Virus record (IMG/VR): IMGVR_UViG_3300045740_000123
Location: 21,145-85,144 of that record
Strand: one strand, 5' to 3'
Source of the DNA: a virus
DNA: 64,000 nucleotides
A program made the translations under genes and the position numbers. Positions within the stretch are counted from its first letter, which is position 1, and each line of letters starts with the position of its first letter. The notes beneath the pieces are model-generated. The model ran no database searches. It saw only the letters and a program-made list of their open reading frames with translations, and had not been told where the DNA came from. Below, in pieces: positions 54,152 through 64,000 of this stretch.

Positions 54152-54814
54152 ATGGCTAACGTCCGAAGATCCGTTCGCATCCTCGATGAGCAAGCTTCAC
54201 TCCGTTATCTGGCGGATATTGACAAGCTCAGCAAGGAACAGCTGCTAGAACATAATTACTACATTGGTTTTCCATGTGTGCACGGGCATGTCATCCGCGA
54301 TGCCACGTACCACTGGTGCTACCACTGTGCCCGCAAGATTTCCAGCAACCGCTGCGGCTTTGACATCAACTACTTGCACGTTGATTACAAAACCAAGTAT
54401 TTCCGTCTGTGGGGCAAGGTCAAAATCTCTAATCCAGAGGAATGCTGGACAATTCAAACCAAGGGTGATCAGGCTCCAAGCCGGATTCACATGCCGTCTT
54501 ACCGATCGGAATACAGTGCCCAGAAATGTGAGCACGTTTCCTTCCACAAAGCGTTGTATCAGTGCGCCTGGGGAGATGTCGGCAAGCTTGTCGTCACACG
54601 AACCTGCGGAAATCCATGGTGCGGCAACCCTCTTCACATGACATCCAGCTGGAATCGCTCGTATCCACCGCAGAAGGTTTATCCGATGGCAACGGAGTTC
54701 GAAGCGGAGAAGCTAATGCTCTACGGAAGATTAAAAAATAATGAAATTATCTCCAATATTGGCTTTCGTATGTCCATTACAAACCCACTGGAGTCCAAAG
54801 AAACCGAAGAGTAA
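54152..54814 (+). CDS. His-Me finger / HNH-like zinc-binding protein
   Basis: CVHGH...CYHC, ECW, HKALY...VTRTCGNPWCGNPLH; catalytic residues possibly degenerate. Confidence 0.6.
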   Translation: MANVRRSVRILDEQASLRYLADIDKLSKEQLLEHNYYIGFPCVHGHVIRDATYHWCYHCARKISSNRCGFDINYLHVDYKTKYFRLWGKVKISNPEECWTIQTKGDQAPSRIHMPSYRSEYSAQKCEHVSFHKALYQCAWGDVGKLVVTRTCGNPWCGNPLHMTSSWNRSYPPQKVYPMATEFEAEKLMLYGRLKNNEIISNIGFRMSITNPLESKETEE

Positions 54815-54841
54815 AATAGTGATATTAATCAAGGAATATAA

Positions 54842-55588
54842 ATGCCCCGTACTGGTACGTCGCAACGGCAACGCACGCAAGATAATCCGTTAAACCTTGG
54901 AACATTCAGCCAATTAGCGGTACGTAAACTGCACGGCAGCCTTGGTCCCGTCAACCAACTCGTTGGTCGGAGCGATACAAGTCAAACGTCAAACGGTGGT
55001 TATGGCGGAGGAGCTTATAACCACTGGTTTCGTATTGGCATTGATTCTCCCGCCTGGATTATTGTTGCCAAAGGAGGGCCACGCCCTAAATACATCCAAA
55101 CGTCTGTCTACGACCTTAATCAAAATCCCATCCAGGGTCGGATGATTTTCCAGAGGGACAGCATTGCTACCAATGTGAATGGAACAACGTATTACCCGTA
55201 TAACGATCATGTGATGGGGGCGCCATCTGATCTATATAACGAGTTTGATCCAAGGCGCTTAGACGAAGGTAACTCACTGTATTTCCCCTTGGAAAGAGGT
55301 TCTTATTTGTTGTGCGTTTCAACGACACGCAATGAACCACTGGAATATAACGTCGCATTTGTTGTTGAATTTCCAACAGGTGAGTTTGAGTTATTGCTAG
55401 AGGACTATACTTATCTATTGTTGGAGGACACAACGACCAGTTATTTTGAGGCTGACATCACCGAAAACTATCGAGGCCAAGATTTCCACAGTCACTCTCT
55501 CACCGAATGGACAGATGCCTGGAAGCGTGAGCACCAAGAGTATGACGTGTTTCCGACTGAGCTTGTTCCCCTTGCAACACAACCATGA
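54842..55588 (+). CDS. hypothetical protein, possibly structural
   Basis: 248-aa beta-rich ORF with LLLED repeats. Confidence 0.7.
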   Translation: MPRTGTSQRQRTQDNPLNLGTFSQLAVRKLHGSLGPVNQLVGRSDTSQTSNGGYGGGAYNHWFRIGIDSPAWIIVAKGGPRPKYIQTSVYDLNQNPIQGRMIFQRDSIATNVNGTTYYPYNDHVMGAPSDLYNEFDPRRLDEGNSLYFPLERGSYLLCVSTTRNEPLEYNVAFVVEFPTGEFELLLEDYTYLLLEDTTTSYFEADITENYRGQDFHSHSLTEWTDAWKREHQEYDVFPTELVPLATQP

Positions 55589-55722
55589 TGAAGTTCTATA
55601 ACTGGCTTGTCTGTAAGTTATTCAAACGTTGTCACGTCTATTTCCCCAAGGAACCGTTCTCTTTCGAAAAATATTGTAAAGATAATCCCAGTGCTCCGCA
55701 TTGTCGTATCTACGAAGACTGA
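55585..55722 (+). CDS. short CP12-like protein (45 aa)
   Basis: ends FEKYCKDNPSAPHCRIYED, the CP12 C-terminal Cys pair; below the ORF-track cutoff. Confidence 0.75.
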   Translation: MMKFYNWLVCKLFKRCHVYFPKEPFSFEKYCKDNPSAPHCRIYED

Positions 55723-55757
55723 AGGGAATAGAATATAAATAACTGCAGGAGGTATCC

Positions 55758-55922
55758 ATGCACAAACTCAATGAATATCTAGAAGTTGCCCTTGCTGTAC
55801 ATGCAGCATGTTCTGCAATTTGCGCTTTAACCCCTACTCCAAAAGACGATCAGTTTGCTCGTAAGCTGTATCGCGTAATCGAAATCGGTGGCCTTCTGGT
55901 CGGCCGTGCAAAAATGCGTTGA
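55758..55922 (+). CDS. putative holin-like small membrane protein (54 aa)
   Basis: AGGAGG Shine-Dalgarno; ACSAICALTPTPKDD...LYRVIE; next to the endolysin. Confidence 0.55.
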   Translation: MHKLNEYLEVALAVHAACSAICALTPTPKDDQFARKLYRVIEIGGLLVGRAKMR

Positions 55923-56080
55923 TTAATCAGGAAGTGCCTGGAACCACCAGACGCTTCCGTCATTCTTTTCAACCCAAGCTCTTGTTGCGTAAGCCTCTTC
56001 TTTACTGAGGGTTGCGCATTTTTTTTCGTCGCCAACTTCCCAGCACATATTAACCCTAATCTTTGGATCTTTATTCTTTT

Positions 56081-57199
56081 TCACTTTGATACCAAGATCG
56101 CCCAGCCTGTATTCTTACCGTCACATTCCCAACGGCGAAGCCAATTCTTCTTGCTGTATTTAACTCCCTTACCAGCAGATGCTTTGTTATTGACGTAACC
56201 GCCATTTACCATGTCGGCTTCTCCATTGGGATCATTAAATACGAAGGAATCAGACGTAAAACCAATGCAACAAGTCCAATGACCACCACCTGTTGGATAA
56301 CTAACAGAGCCATGATGAAGCCAGCCGACAGCAACGGGTCGTCCTTGTCTGATTTCATTTTCTAAAAGTGCGGAATTACCGTTGGTAATAAACCTTGCAT
56401 TAAGTCCCAGGTAGCGTAATGCTGCTATTTGTGCATTGCGATCGGTTGTATCACCGTACCTTGCCCTGATTTGATTATATTCATCATCGCCTTTTACTTT
56501 TCCATAGAACTCGGCAATCATGGCACAAGTACTGGAGAAGCACTCGCGATATCCGGTTCCTGATTGATTGTCTAGTTGATACTCATAAGGAACATTTAGT
56601 ATCTTTTGCGACACGTAGTCATCTGTATTACCCCCTGGCGTACCAAGGTGCTTGTCCATTATCTGGATTAATTTACTACTATATGCGGGATCTGTAGCGT
56701 AACCCTCTTTTACTAAAAGTTGAGCGCATTCGTTCCTATTTTTAGCGCGATTAACCCCTTGGAAATTTTTAAAGTCTTTATACCAACGATCAACAAGGTA
56801 GCAAACACAGGTATAAAGATCAGGGAAATCAAGGAAACCCGCTTTGATTGTGATCCATTTTCCGTTGATGAATTCTTGCGTATCAACGGAAGTACCTGTG
56901 CCTTTTAAACCAAAATAATTGTGTTTACCATCAGCAGGTAAATGCTGGCCGTAGCCCGACTCTAACGCCCATTGTGCTGCGACACATTCAGGCCAGCGGC
57001 TGCCCGCTGCTTTTGCCGCAGCCACAACACCATCCCAGGTATTGGGAAACTGATCAATTGGCTTGGGAACAGTTCGATACTTTTCAGCAAATAAACCCAA
57101 GGTATCTGCTGAGATCTTTTTCTCGAGCCACTCCCAAGCCTCTCGCTGGTGCGGAAGCTCTTTGTAGTACTTTGCCGCATCAACGAGTTTGATTGTCAT
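56081..57199 (-). CDS. endolysin: GH73-like glucosaminidase plus C39-like peptidase
   Basis: AAQWALESGYG, NYFGLKG, YATDPAY; RECFSSTCAM...GGHW...DP. Confidence 0.85.
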   Translation of the reverse strand: MTIKLVDAAKYYKELPHQREAWEWLEKKISADTLGLFAEKYRTVPKPIDQFPNTWDGVVAAAKAAGSRWPECVAAQWALESGYGQHLPADGKHNYFGLKGTGTSVDTQEFINGKWITIKAGFLDFPDLYTCVCYLVDRWYKDFKNFQGVNRAKNRNECAQLLVKEGYATDPAYSSKLIQIMDKHLGTPGGNTDDYVSQKILNVPYEYQLDNQSGTGYRECFSSTCAMIAEFYGKVKGDDEYNQIRARYGDTTDRNAQIAALRYLGLNARFITNGNSALLENEIRQGRPVAVGWLHHGSVSYPTGGGHWTCCIGFTSDSFVFNDPNGEADMVNGGYVNNKASAGKGVKYSKKNWLRRWECDGKNTGWAILVSK

Positions 57200-57204
57200 T
57201 GACC

Positions 57205-57603
57205 TTATGCACCAGGCATTTGTACTTCAACCCAAGACTGAGTTGCTTCGTCCCACTCATACATTTTCCCATCGGTGGGATAAGGCACCGGAGCATCCCA
57301 GAGACCAGTGGTTGTATTCAGCAACCAAGATGGGTAGGGCTTGGGGGGAATGAAACCATCAATGATTTCATCGTAGGTGTAACCAATGCCAGCGTAGTTT
57401 TTACGAAACGCTTTGGATTGGTCAGGGCCAGGGGTGTTGCTATTTGGTAGGTAATACACACCGCCACGGGTGTTGTAGCTGGTTTGTTTGTATACCTGAC
57501 CAGTGCGAGCGCTCAGCTCTGCCTCTTTGCCGTCGTCTTCATCACGACCAACGGTAACAAAAGTGACGATGTTGTTTTCGTCGAGAAGTGCGAAGTGTGC
57601 CAT
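57205..57603 (-). CDS. tail-fibre-associated small protein
   Basis: MAHFALLDENNIV, QTSYNT, FRKNYAGIGYTYD, PKPYPSW; a family usually found next to glycine-rich proteins. Confidence 0.75.
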   Translation of the reverse strand: MAHFALLDENNIVTFVTVGRDEDDGKEAELSARTGQVYKQTSYNTRGGVYYLPNSNTPGPDQSKAFRKNYAGIGYTYDEIIDGFIPPKPYPSWLLNTTTGLWDAPVPYPTDGKMYEWDEATQSWVEVQMPGA

Positions 57604-58584
57604 TTAGCTAAACGTTACGGTTTCAGAAGTGGTCGAGGTTGCAGTAATAGTATAAATCTTAAATCCTGCAACAGATGTAGAAAGCGAACTTGTTACACCA
57701 CCGGAGAAAGTAGCTGTCCTTGTATCTGGGATTTTAATAATAACAACACCAGATCCACCATTTGCAGCTGTTACGTTATATGCGCCGCCGCCACCGCCGC
57801 CAGTATTAGCGGTACCTGCAACTGCAGCAGGTGTATTTGGTTGGGTCGCACCTGCGCCGCCGCCACCTGCTCCACCAGTTCCTGCTGTTGAAGCACCGGA
57901 ACCTCCGCCGCCACCAGCGCGAGTTACAGATGAACCTGTAATAGAGGAGGCAACGCCATTACCACCGTTACCACCAACGCCATTCGTAACAGCAGCTGCG
58001 CCAATTTGACCAGCGCCGCCGCCACCACCAAAAGCATTTGCGAAGGATGTTATACCGGCGCCGCCTGCATAACCTTGATTCGCGGTACCTGGTCCGCCAG
58101 CTCCGGCCGCGTATCCAGGAGCCGCTCCAAGACCTCCGCCACCACCTGAGCCACCAGAAAGACCATCCAATACAACGGCACCAAAAGCACCGGCTCCACC
58201 ACCGCCTGTCGAAGTTACCGTACTGAAAACAGAGTTATTTCCGCTAGTCCCTCGAGTTGCGCCACCACCTGTTGCGCCACCACCTCCAACCGTAACTGTA
58301 TAGGCGATTCCAGTATATGCCGTAATAGTACTTTCAGCGGATGCGCCGCCGCCTGATGGTCCGGCAGAAGTTCTGTACCCGCCTCCACCGCCACCGCCAA
58401 ATGATCCTCCCCCACCACCGGCAATAACTAAGTAATCAACTGTGAACGAAGGAGGAATAATCTGAGGCCACTGTCCATCTTTCCTCAGTTTAAAAACCTG
58501 ACCAAGATCCCATTCACCAGGGCGAACACCACTGGTCCATGTCGGAGTATTACCTAAATAACCACCAAGAGGACGTGGTGCCAT
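57604..58584 (-). CDS. glycine-rich putative receptor-binding/tail protein (one module)
   Basis: DYLVIAGGGGG...NTGGGGGG...GGSGVVIIK. Confidence 0.8.
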   Translation of the reverse strand: MAPRPLGGYLGNTPTWTSGVRPGEWDLGQVFKLRKDGQWPQIIPPSFTVDYLVIAGGGGGSFGGGGGGGYRTSAGPSGGGASAESTITAYTGIAYTVTVGGGGATGGGATRGTSGNNSVFSTVTSTGGGGAGAFGAVVLDGLSGGSGGGGGLGAAPGYAAGAGGPGTANQGYAGGAGITSFANAFGGGGGAGQIGAAAVTNGVGGNGGNGVASSITGSSVTRAGGGGGSGASTAGTGGAGGGGAGATQPNTPAAVAGTANTGGGGGGAYNVTAANGGSGVVIIKIPDTRTATFSGGVTSSLSTSVAGFKIYTITATSTTSETVTFS

Positions 58585-58627
58585 GCTTTTATCTTCTAAT
58601 CAAGCGCTTGTTTAAATTATAAGTTAC

Positions 58628-60475
58628 TTAGCTAAAAGTAACTGTTTCACTGGTTGTTGATGTTGCTGTAACGGTGTAAATGTTAAATCCCGCAACGGCT
58701 GTAGACAGAGAACTTGTCACACCAACAGAGAAAGTGGCGGTCACTGTATCTGGGACTTTAATAATCACCACTCCAGATCCCCCAGCGCCACCGGTACCTG
58801 TTGTGTCTACATTGCCATGTCCACCGCCACCGCCGCCTGTATTTGCAGTGCCACTTGTTCCTGTTTTACCTGTATCGCTACCACCGGGGCCTCCACCACC
58901 AGGACCTCCTGTTCCGCCGGGCGCAGTGCCACTACCACCACCGCCGCCGCCGCCACCGCCGGCGCGGGTTACTGAGGTACCTGTAATTGACGATGCAGTA
59001 CCTGTTCCTCCAGGTTGTCCAGGTTGTCCTGTACTAGCAGTGCCTGCTGCTCCAGCACCACCGCCGCCTGCACCGCCTGCACCGCCGCTTGCGGCACTAC
59101 CGCCTGGATTACCCTGTGAAGGAGACGTTGATGGTGTATTTCCACCGCCGCCATAACCGTAAGATGGGCCACAATAACCAGCGCCGCCGCCACCTGAACC
59201 ACCAGCCTGGCCGTCACCTGCACTGCTGTTGTTATTAGAACCGCCGCCGCCGCCCCGTGCGGCTGTAATCGAACCAAATACAGAGTTAGAGCCGTTTGAT
59301 CCTTGTCCAGTATTCGTTGTAGCTCCGGCGCCACCTGCGCCAACAGTGACGGTATAGGCTTGGTTTTTAACCAAACCTCCAGAAGTAAATTCCCTATACC
59401 CACCGGCACCACCGCCGCCTGCTGTTCTAACTCCGCCACCGCCACCGCCGGCAATGACTAAGTAATCAGCCTCAAAACCGACTTGGAAAGTGACTGTTTC
59501 TGATGTAGTAGATGTAGCGGTAACGGTGTAGATTTTATACCCCGCAACAGCTGTAGATAAAGAACTTGTTACACCACTAGAGAATAATGCGACATATCGA
59601 TCGGGAATTTTTAAAATAACAGCACCAGATCCGCCTGCCCCACCTGCGAGGCCTCCGCTGTTATAGCCACCGCCGCCACCGCCGCCACCAGTATTAGCAG
59701 TACCTGCCGTACTTGCAGGTGCACTGGGGCCACCACCAGCAGGGCCACCGCCGCCAGAGCCACCTGTGCCACCGGGGCCACCATAACTACTACCAGCGCC
59801 GCCTCCAGCGCGGGTTACGGAAGAGCCAGTAATAGATGATGCAACACCTGTGCCACCATTACCACCGTTCGTTGTTCCATTAGCGCCTACTGCACCAGCG
59901 CCACCCCCACCGCCGGCGCCAGCATTAACAGTGCCCTCACCAGCGCCGCCAGCATAACCTTGGTCAGCAGTACCCGCTGCTCCAACACCAGCGCCACTTC
60001 CGCGACCGCCTCCAGAACCACCCGTAGCGCCTGCGCCGTTGTATCCACCGCCTCCGCCACCGCCTCCTGTAGATGTAATAGTAGAAAAAACACTATTGGA
60101 GCCAGATGTTCCAGTAGCACCCGGAGATGGGCCAGCCGGTGCTCCTGCGCCACCTGCGCCGACCGTGATTGTATATGCAGTGCCCGTACTTAAGGTTGTA
60201 AGGGTCGATTCTGCACTTGCACCACCGCCCGATGGTCCTGCAGATGTGCGATAACCTCCCGCACCACCGCCGCCTCCAATATATCCGCCGCCGCCTGCAC
60301 CACCTGCAACAACTAAGTAATCAACTGTTAACGGTGCTACGTACCCAGCTATTGGCCATGTACCTTGGCGTTGATACGTCAATGCATTCCGCAAACTCCA
60401 CATCCCTGGACGAGACGCGAACGACCAACTACTGGGTGTTGACCCTAAATATCCGCCTTCCCTCTTCTTACCCAT
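58628..60475 (-). CDS. glycine-rich putative receptor-binding/tail protein (two modules)
   Basis: two copies of the same module, each ending TATSTTSETVTF. Confidence 0.8.
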   Translation of the reverse strand: MGKKREGGYLGSTPSSWSFASRPGMWSLRNALTYQRQGTWPIAGYVAPLTVDYLVVAGGAGGGGYIGGGGGAGGYRTSAGPSGGGASAESTLTTLSTGTAYTITVGAGGAGAPAGPSPGATGTSGSNSVFSTITSTGGGGGGGGYNGAGATGGSGGGRGSGAGVGAAGTADQGYAGGAGEGTVNAGAGGGGGAGAVGANGTTNGGNGGTGVASSITGSSVTRAGGGAGSSYGGPGGTGGSGGGGPAGGGPSAPASTAGTANTGGGGGGGGYNSGGLAGGAGGSGAVILKIPDRYVALFSSGVTSSLSTAVAGYKIYTVTATSTTSETVTFQVGFEADYLVIAGGGGGGVRTAGGGGAGGYREFTSGGLVKNQAYTVTVGAGGAGATTNTGQGSNGSNSVFGSITAARGGGGGSNNNSSAGDGQAGGSGGGGAGYCGPSYGYGGGGNTPSTSPSQGNPGGSAASGGAGGAGGGGAGAAGTASTGQPGQPGGTGTASSITGTSVTRAGGGGGGGGGSGTAPGGTGGPGGGGPGGSDTGKTGTSGTANTGGGGGGHGNVDTTGTGGAGGSGVVIIKVPDTVTATFSVGVTSSLSTAVAGFNIYTVTATSTTSETVTFS

Positions 60476-60509
60476 TGGGACTTACTTCAGCGTATTTCTA
60501 TAATAACAA

Positions 60510-60902
60510 TTAAGGCTGAATATCAACAGCAGAAACAGTAAATACAACACCTGAGGCGGCACCTGCTAATGCACGCAGTTTGCTGCCATAAGGAACGTTA
60601 GCTTTGTTAACAATCAGTTCAAGTGATGCACCCGATGGTACGGTGATGCCACGTGCCATGTAGAAGCTAGTGGCCTCTCCACTGACTGTTGCCACATCAG
60701 TACTGGTAGATCCCGTTGCCGTTGTGAACAATGTTACTGCGACATCACCAGTTGCTTGGATGTTAGAAGCCAAAACAGACAAAATGACCGATGTCCCACT
60801 GGCATTGGTGAGATTGCCGTCTTGACCAGAGGTTGGGTTGTAGATGTCAGTAACACCAGTCGTTGTTAGCTTGGTGCCCTTAAATTCAAAATACTCGGCC
60901 AT
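60510..60902 (-). CDS. putative tail protein
   Basis: beta-rich 130-aa ORF in the tail cluster. Confidence 0.65.
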   Translation of the reverse strand: MAEYFEFKGTKLTTTGVTDIYNPTSGQDGNLTNASGTSVILSVLASNIQATGDVAVTLFTTATGSTSTDVATVSGEATSFYMARGITVPSGASLELIVNKANVPYGSKLRALAGAASGVVFTVSAVDIQP

Positions 60903-60939
60903 TTTTAAACTCTTTTCTACTGATTATAAGATCAAGTAA

Positions 60940-61641
60940 TTAACCGCCAAGTGCGATTACAAGACCCAAGCTGACCCCTGCAGTTGCTGCGGTTGTTTGG
61001 GTCGTCCCATCTGGGAACCTAAATCCACCTGTAGTGGATTGAATGATCCCTGAGGTCAACAATCCGGAAGCAAAATTACCACTGGAGAACACACCAGTTG
61101 TTGCTCGAACAGTTACGCCAGAGACAGTTCCTGCAGAAGTTACATTACCGCTGGCATTTACGTTACCGGTAATCGTGAGATTGGTTTTGGTAATTCCAGT
61201 CTCAACAATCGCTGTAATAGCGTTAATAGTTGTGAAATTACCTGTGGTTCCGGTAATTGTGGTTCCACTTAACCGATCCGTGAAAACACCGCTGACGCCA
61301 GTAATGTTGGCGCCCTGGATGGCGTTACCAGTAATCGTTGCACCGCTGAGTTGAGTTGTAAAAATACCCGTAACACCGGTATAAGTTGTACCAAGTACAA
61401 CATCACCAGTGATGGTGGCACCGCTCAGGCGGGTTGTAAAGATACCGCTGACACCACTGATTGTGCTACCAAGGACAACGTTGCCTGTGATCGTTGCACC
61501 TGAAAGGTTGCTGGTAAAAATACCAGAGGCACCGGAGATAACAGGGGAGCCAATGTAGGTAATCCCGCTAACAGGGAAGTTAACATCCCCAGTTATCGTT
61601 GAGTAAATGAGTGTATCGACCTTTACTGATCCGTATGCCAT
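60940..61641 (-). CDS. tail-fibre-like repeat protein
   Basis: repeated FTxxLSGATITG; FPDGTTQTTAA; ends GLVIALG. Confidence 0.75.
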   Translation of the reverse strand: MAYGSVKVDTLIYSTITGDVNFPVSGITYIGSPVISGASGIFTSNLSGATITGNVVLGSTISGVSGIFTTRLSGATITGDVVLGTTYTGVTGIFTTQLSGATITGNAIQGANITGVSGVFTDRLSGTTITGTTGNFTTINAITAIVETGITKTNLTITGNVNASGNVTSAGTVSGVTVRATTGVFSSGNFASGLLTSGIIQSTTGGFRFPDGTTQTTAATAGVSLGLVIALGG

Positions 61642-61689
61642 TGTTTACAACACCTTATTCATCTAGTTTAAGACAGATACGTTCAACTG

Positions 61690-63669
61690 TTAAAGTATTG
61701 CCCAGTTTGAACCGGAGGGAACAGTGACGATAATTCCAGATGCAATTTCTACCGGAGATACCGAAGCTCCATTGTAACCAACTCCGATTGCATAGTTGGT
61801 ATCAATAACAATCTTGGTTTCTGCAATAATGTTCGTCGTTAAAACTCCTGTGGCCGTAGCAACAGCCCACGCTGTGGTGCCATCACCAAGAGTTGTCAGG
61901 ACGTAACCGGACGTACCTGGGCTTGGTGGGAATGAGAACTGGTTGAACGGACGAACATCACCGGCACCAGATGCAAAGATGACGCCGCCAGCGACAAAAA
62001 CGCTACCAGTAACCCGATTGAATAAACCAGTTGCAACACGAAGGCTATTGCCTGTGATGGTATCACCAGATAACGAGGTGAATTGTCCGCTAACCGTTGT
62101 TAAGTTCGCGAACTGACCAGTGATTCCAGTGATCGTTGCGCCTGAAACACGTGTGAAATTACCCGTGCCAACCGTCAGCAGTGGGAATAAACCTGTCGCT
62201 CCTGTAACGGTTGCACCAGAAACAAGATTAAAGACGCCTGTTGCAAAAGTTCCAAACGTACCGCTGATGTTATTGCCGGTAATTGTGGCGCCACTCAGTA
62301 CGGAAGTAAAAACACCCGTAACTCCAGTAATGTTTGTTCCAAGAAGTGCATTACCTGTGATGGTGGGAGCCGAGATGATCGTGCCACCAACAATGCCATT
62401 ACCGCTAACAGTATCAAAAGCGCCAACATCACCAGTAACAGTGATGCCAGAGATAGTGCCATTGACCCTAAGGCCACTTGCGATGGTGCCACTACCACCA
62501 ATCGTTAAATCACCACTGGCTGAAATGTTACCAGTCGTCGAAATCGTGGTGACGTTGATTTGATCGGTAAATGTACCGGTCGCAGCTGTCAGCGTGGTAA
62601 ATAAACCAGTGACGCCTGTAATAGTTTGGCCGGAAAGCGAAGATGTAAAGACGCCAGAAGCACCGGTTAATGTTGTGAACTGTCCGGTGTCACCTGTTAC
62701 AACACCACCTGATACTTGGTAAAGAAAAACGCCTGATAAACCAGCAACTAAATCAATGACACCAGTCTGGAAGGTTGCGGTAAGACCAGAAACCTGAGTG
62801 GTTCCAGTGACATAAGTTGCGGTGAGGCTTGTAAACTGCCCGGTCGCACCAGTGACTGTGGTTCCAGACAGCGAAGTAAACTGCCCAGTTACACCATTGA
62901 GTTGTGTGAATTGACCCGTGACACCGGTGATAACTGCACCAGAGAGTCTCGAAGTAAAGGTACCAGAGACACCAGTGGTGTTGGCTAATAAAGCCGTATC
63001 ACCGGTAATGGTTGCACCTGATAAACGGGTGGTGAACGTACCGGAAACACCAGTCAGGTTCGTGAAACGCCCAGTGTTGCCTGTTACAACAGCACCGGAA
63101 ACACTTGTGGTGAAGACACCAGTGACACCTGTTAAGGTCGTGATGTTCCCATTGATTGCATGGATGACATCACCACTGATTGTTTGACCGGTGATGCCAC
63201 TTGCACGGATGGTGTTACCCGTGATCGTGCCGCCGCTAAACGTCGTAATGCGTGCTGCATCAATCGTTGCGTTAACAGCTTGCAGGTCAACAAAGTAACC
63301 GTTGTTGCCGTTGACATTAACGCCCTGAACACTTTGACCAGTGATCGTATTACCACTGATCGTGCCAGTTGCAATTAAGTTATTAAGAGTTAAGGTTGCA
63401 AACGTACCCGTACCCAGAATGTTGAGGTTCCCACGAACCGTTGCATCTCCAGATACGTTTAAATTATTGCTGACCGTAAGGGTGGTGATTGTGCCACCCG
63501 TCAGCTGAAGATAGTAATTATTAAGGTATGCCTTGTGCTCACTAACGGTAAATTTCTTGTTCTTGAGCCCAGGATCAACCTCTGCTACATGGACAACAGT
63601 AAACAGGTCGGCATCATTAATGTCGACCGCACTGATAGCTGGTAACTCAGATATCCGCCTATTGGCCAC
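61690..63669 (-). CDS. tail-fibre-like beta-repeat protein
   Basis: MANRRISELP N-terminus; many GxFTxxSGxTITG repeats; C-terminal VTVPSGSNW. Confidence 0.8.
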   Translation of the reverse strand: MANRRISELPAISAVDINDADLFTVVHVAEVDPGLKNKKFTVSEHKAYLNNYYLQLTGGTITTLTVSNNLNVSGDATVRGNLNILGTGTFATLTLNNLIATGTISGNTITGQSVQGVNVNGNNGYFVDLQAVNATIDAARITTFSGGTITGNTIRASGITGQTISGDVIHAINGNITTLTGVTGVFTTSVSGAVVTGNTGRFTNLTGVSGTFTTRLSGATITGDTALLANTTGVSGTFTSRLSGAVITGVTGQFTQLNGVTGQFTSLSGTTVTGATGQFTSLTATYVTGTTQVSGLTATFQTGVIDLVAGLSGVFLYQVSGGVVTGDTGQFTTLTGASGVFTSSLSGQTITGVTGLFTTLTAATGTFTDQINVTTISTTGNISASGDLTIGGSGTIASGLRVNGTISGITVTGDVGAFDTVSGNGIVGGTIISAPTITGNALLGTNITGVTGVFTSVLSGATITGNNISGTFGTFATGVFNLVSGATVTGATGLFPLLTVGTGNFTRVSGATITGITGQFANLTTVSGQFTSLSGDTITGNSLRVATGLFNRVTGSVFVAGGVIFASGAGDVRPFNQFSFPPSPGTSGYVLTTLGDGTTAWAVATATGVLTTNIIAETKIVIDTNYAIGVGYNGASVSPVEIASGIIVTVPSGSNWAIL

Positions 63670-63719
63670 CTATTAACTCGCAAATCCTATAACTAAAATT
63701 ATAGTTTAGGTTTGCTCAG

Positions 63720-64000
63720 TCATTTTACCTTGACTTCGATTCGTGGCAGTAGGTTAGAAGCAAATCCCCAACCTGCTTGCAAGCCGACGACAAGACCACA
63801 GGACAAGGCAAAAACTAAAATTAATTCAGCCACCGTTAAGTTACGGCGAACATAAACCACTCGCTGGGAAGGGACGACAGTTTGCGATGGTGCTGGCACC
63901 GTTTGCTTTTGTTGTTCCAGGGTCGTTTGGATGGCGCGTTCTCGCGCAAAAGCCTTGAGCTGCTCAATCTGCTCAGGAGTCAACGACGCAAGGCTAAAGC
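63720..64000 (-). CDS. membrane-anchored hypothetical protein, start probably outside the window
   Basis: VVYVRRNLTVAELILVFALS; the frame appears open to the window edge. Confidence 0.6.
   Translation of the reverse strand, partial: FSLASLTPEQIEQLKAFARERAIQTTLEQQKQTVPAPSQTVVPSQRVVYVRRNLTVAELILVFALSCGLVVGLQAGWGFASNLLPRIEVKVK

Overview
A 64-kb segment of a tailed dsDNA phage, most likely a cyanophage (NblA-like, CP12-like, DUF4278, SpeD and Dps genes). 1-9.4 kb: minus-strand block of uncharacterised, probably virion or ejected, proteins. About 10-40 kb: plus-strand early and middle region of small genes, ThyX, a T7-like PolA, SSBs, Gp157 and a 2OG-Fe(II) oxygenase. 40-55 kb: tRNA-Pro locus, GDP-sugar genes (gmd, ColD-like), an exonuclease, a primase-helicase, SpeD and a glycosyltransferase. 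55-64 kb: lysis and tail-fibre-like genes. The main finding is six free-standing HNH/EndoVII endonuclease genes. Each sits inside a target gene (tRNA-Leu, thyX, dps, tRNA-Pro, a conserved hypothetical gene, a DUF5872-like gene) and supplies a recoded replacement for the piece it displaced, with the original piece stranded on the far side. One cassette carries a complete substitute tRNA-Pro. Another rebuilds its target gene with a 27-nt insert that has the hallmarks of a programmed ribosomal bypass element: matched TCG codons, an in-frame stop and a GNRA hairpin. Several repeated structured-RNA families and a cassette-like junction motif are also visible. All family names come from motif recognition by eye; no database search was run.
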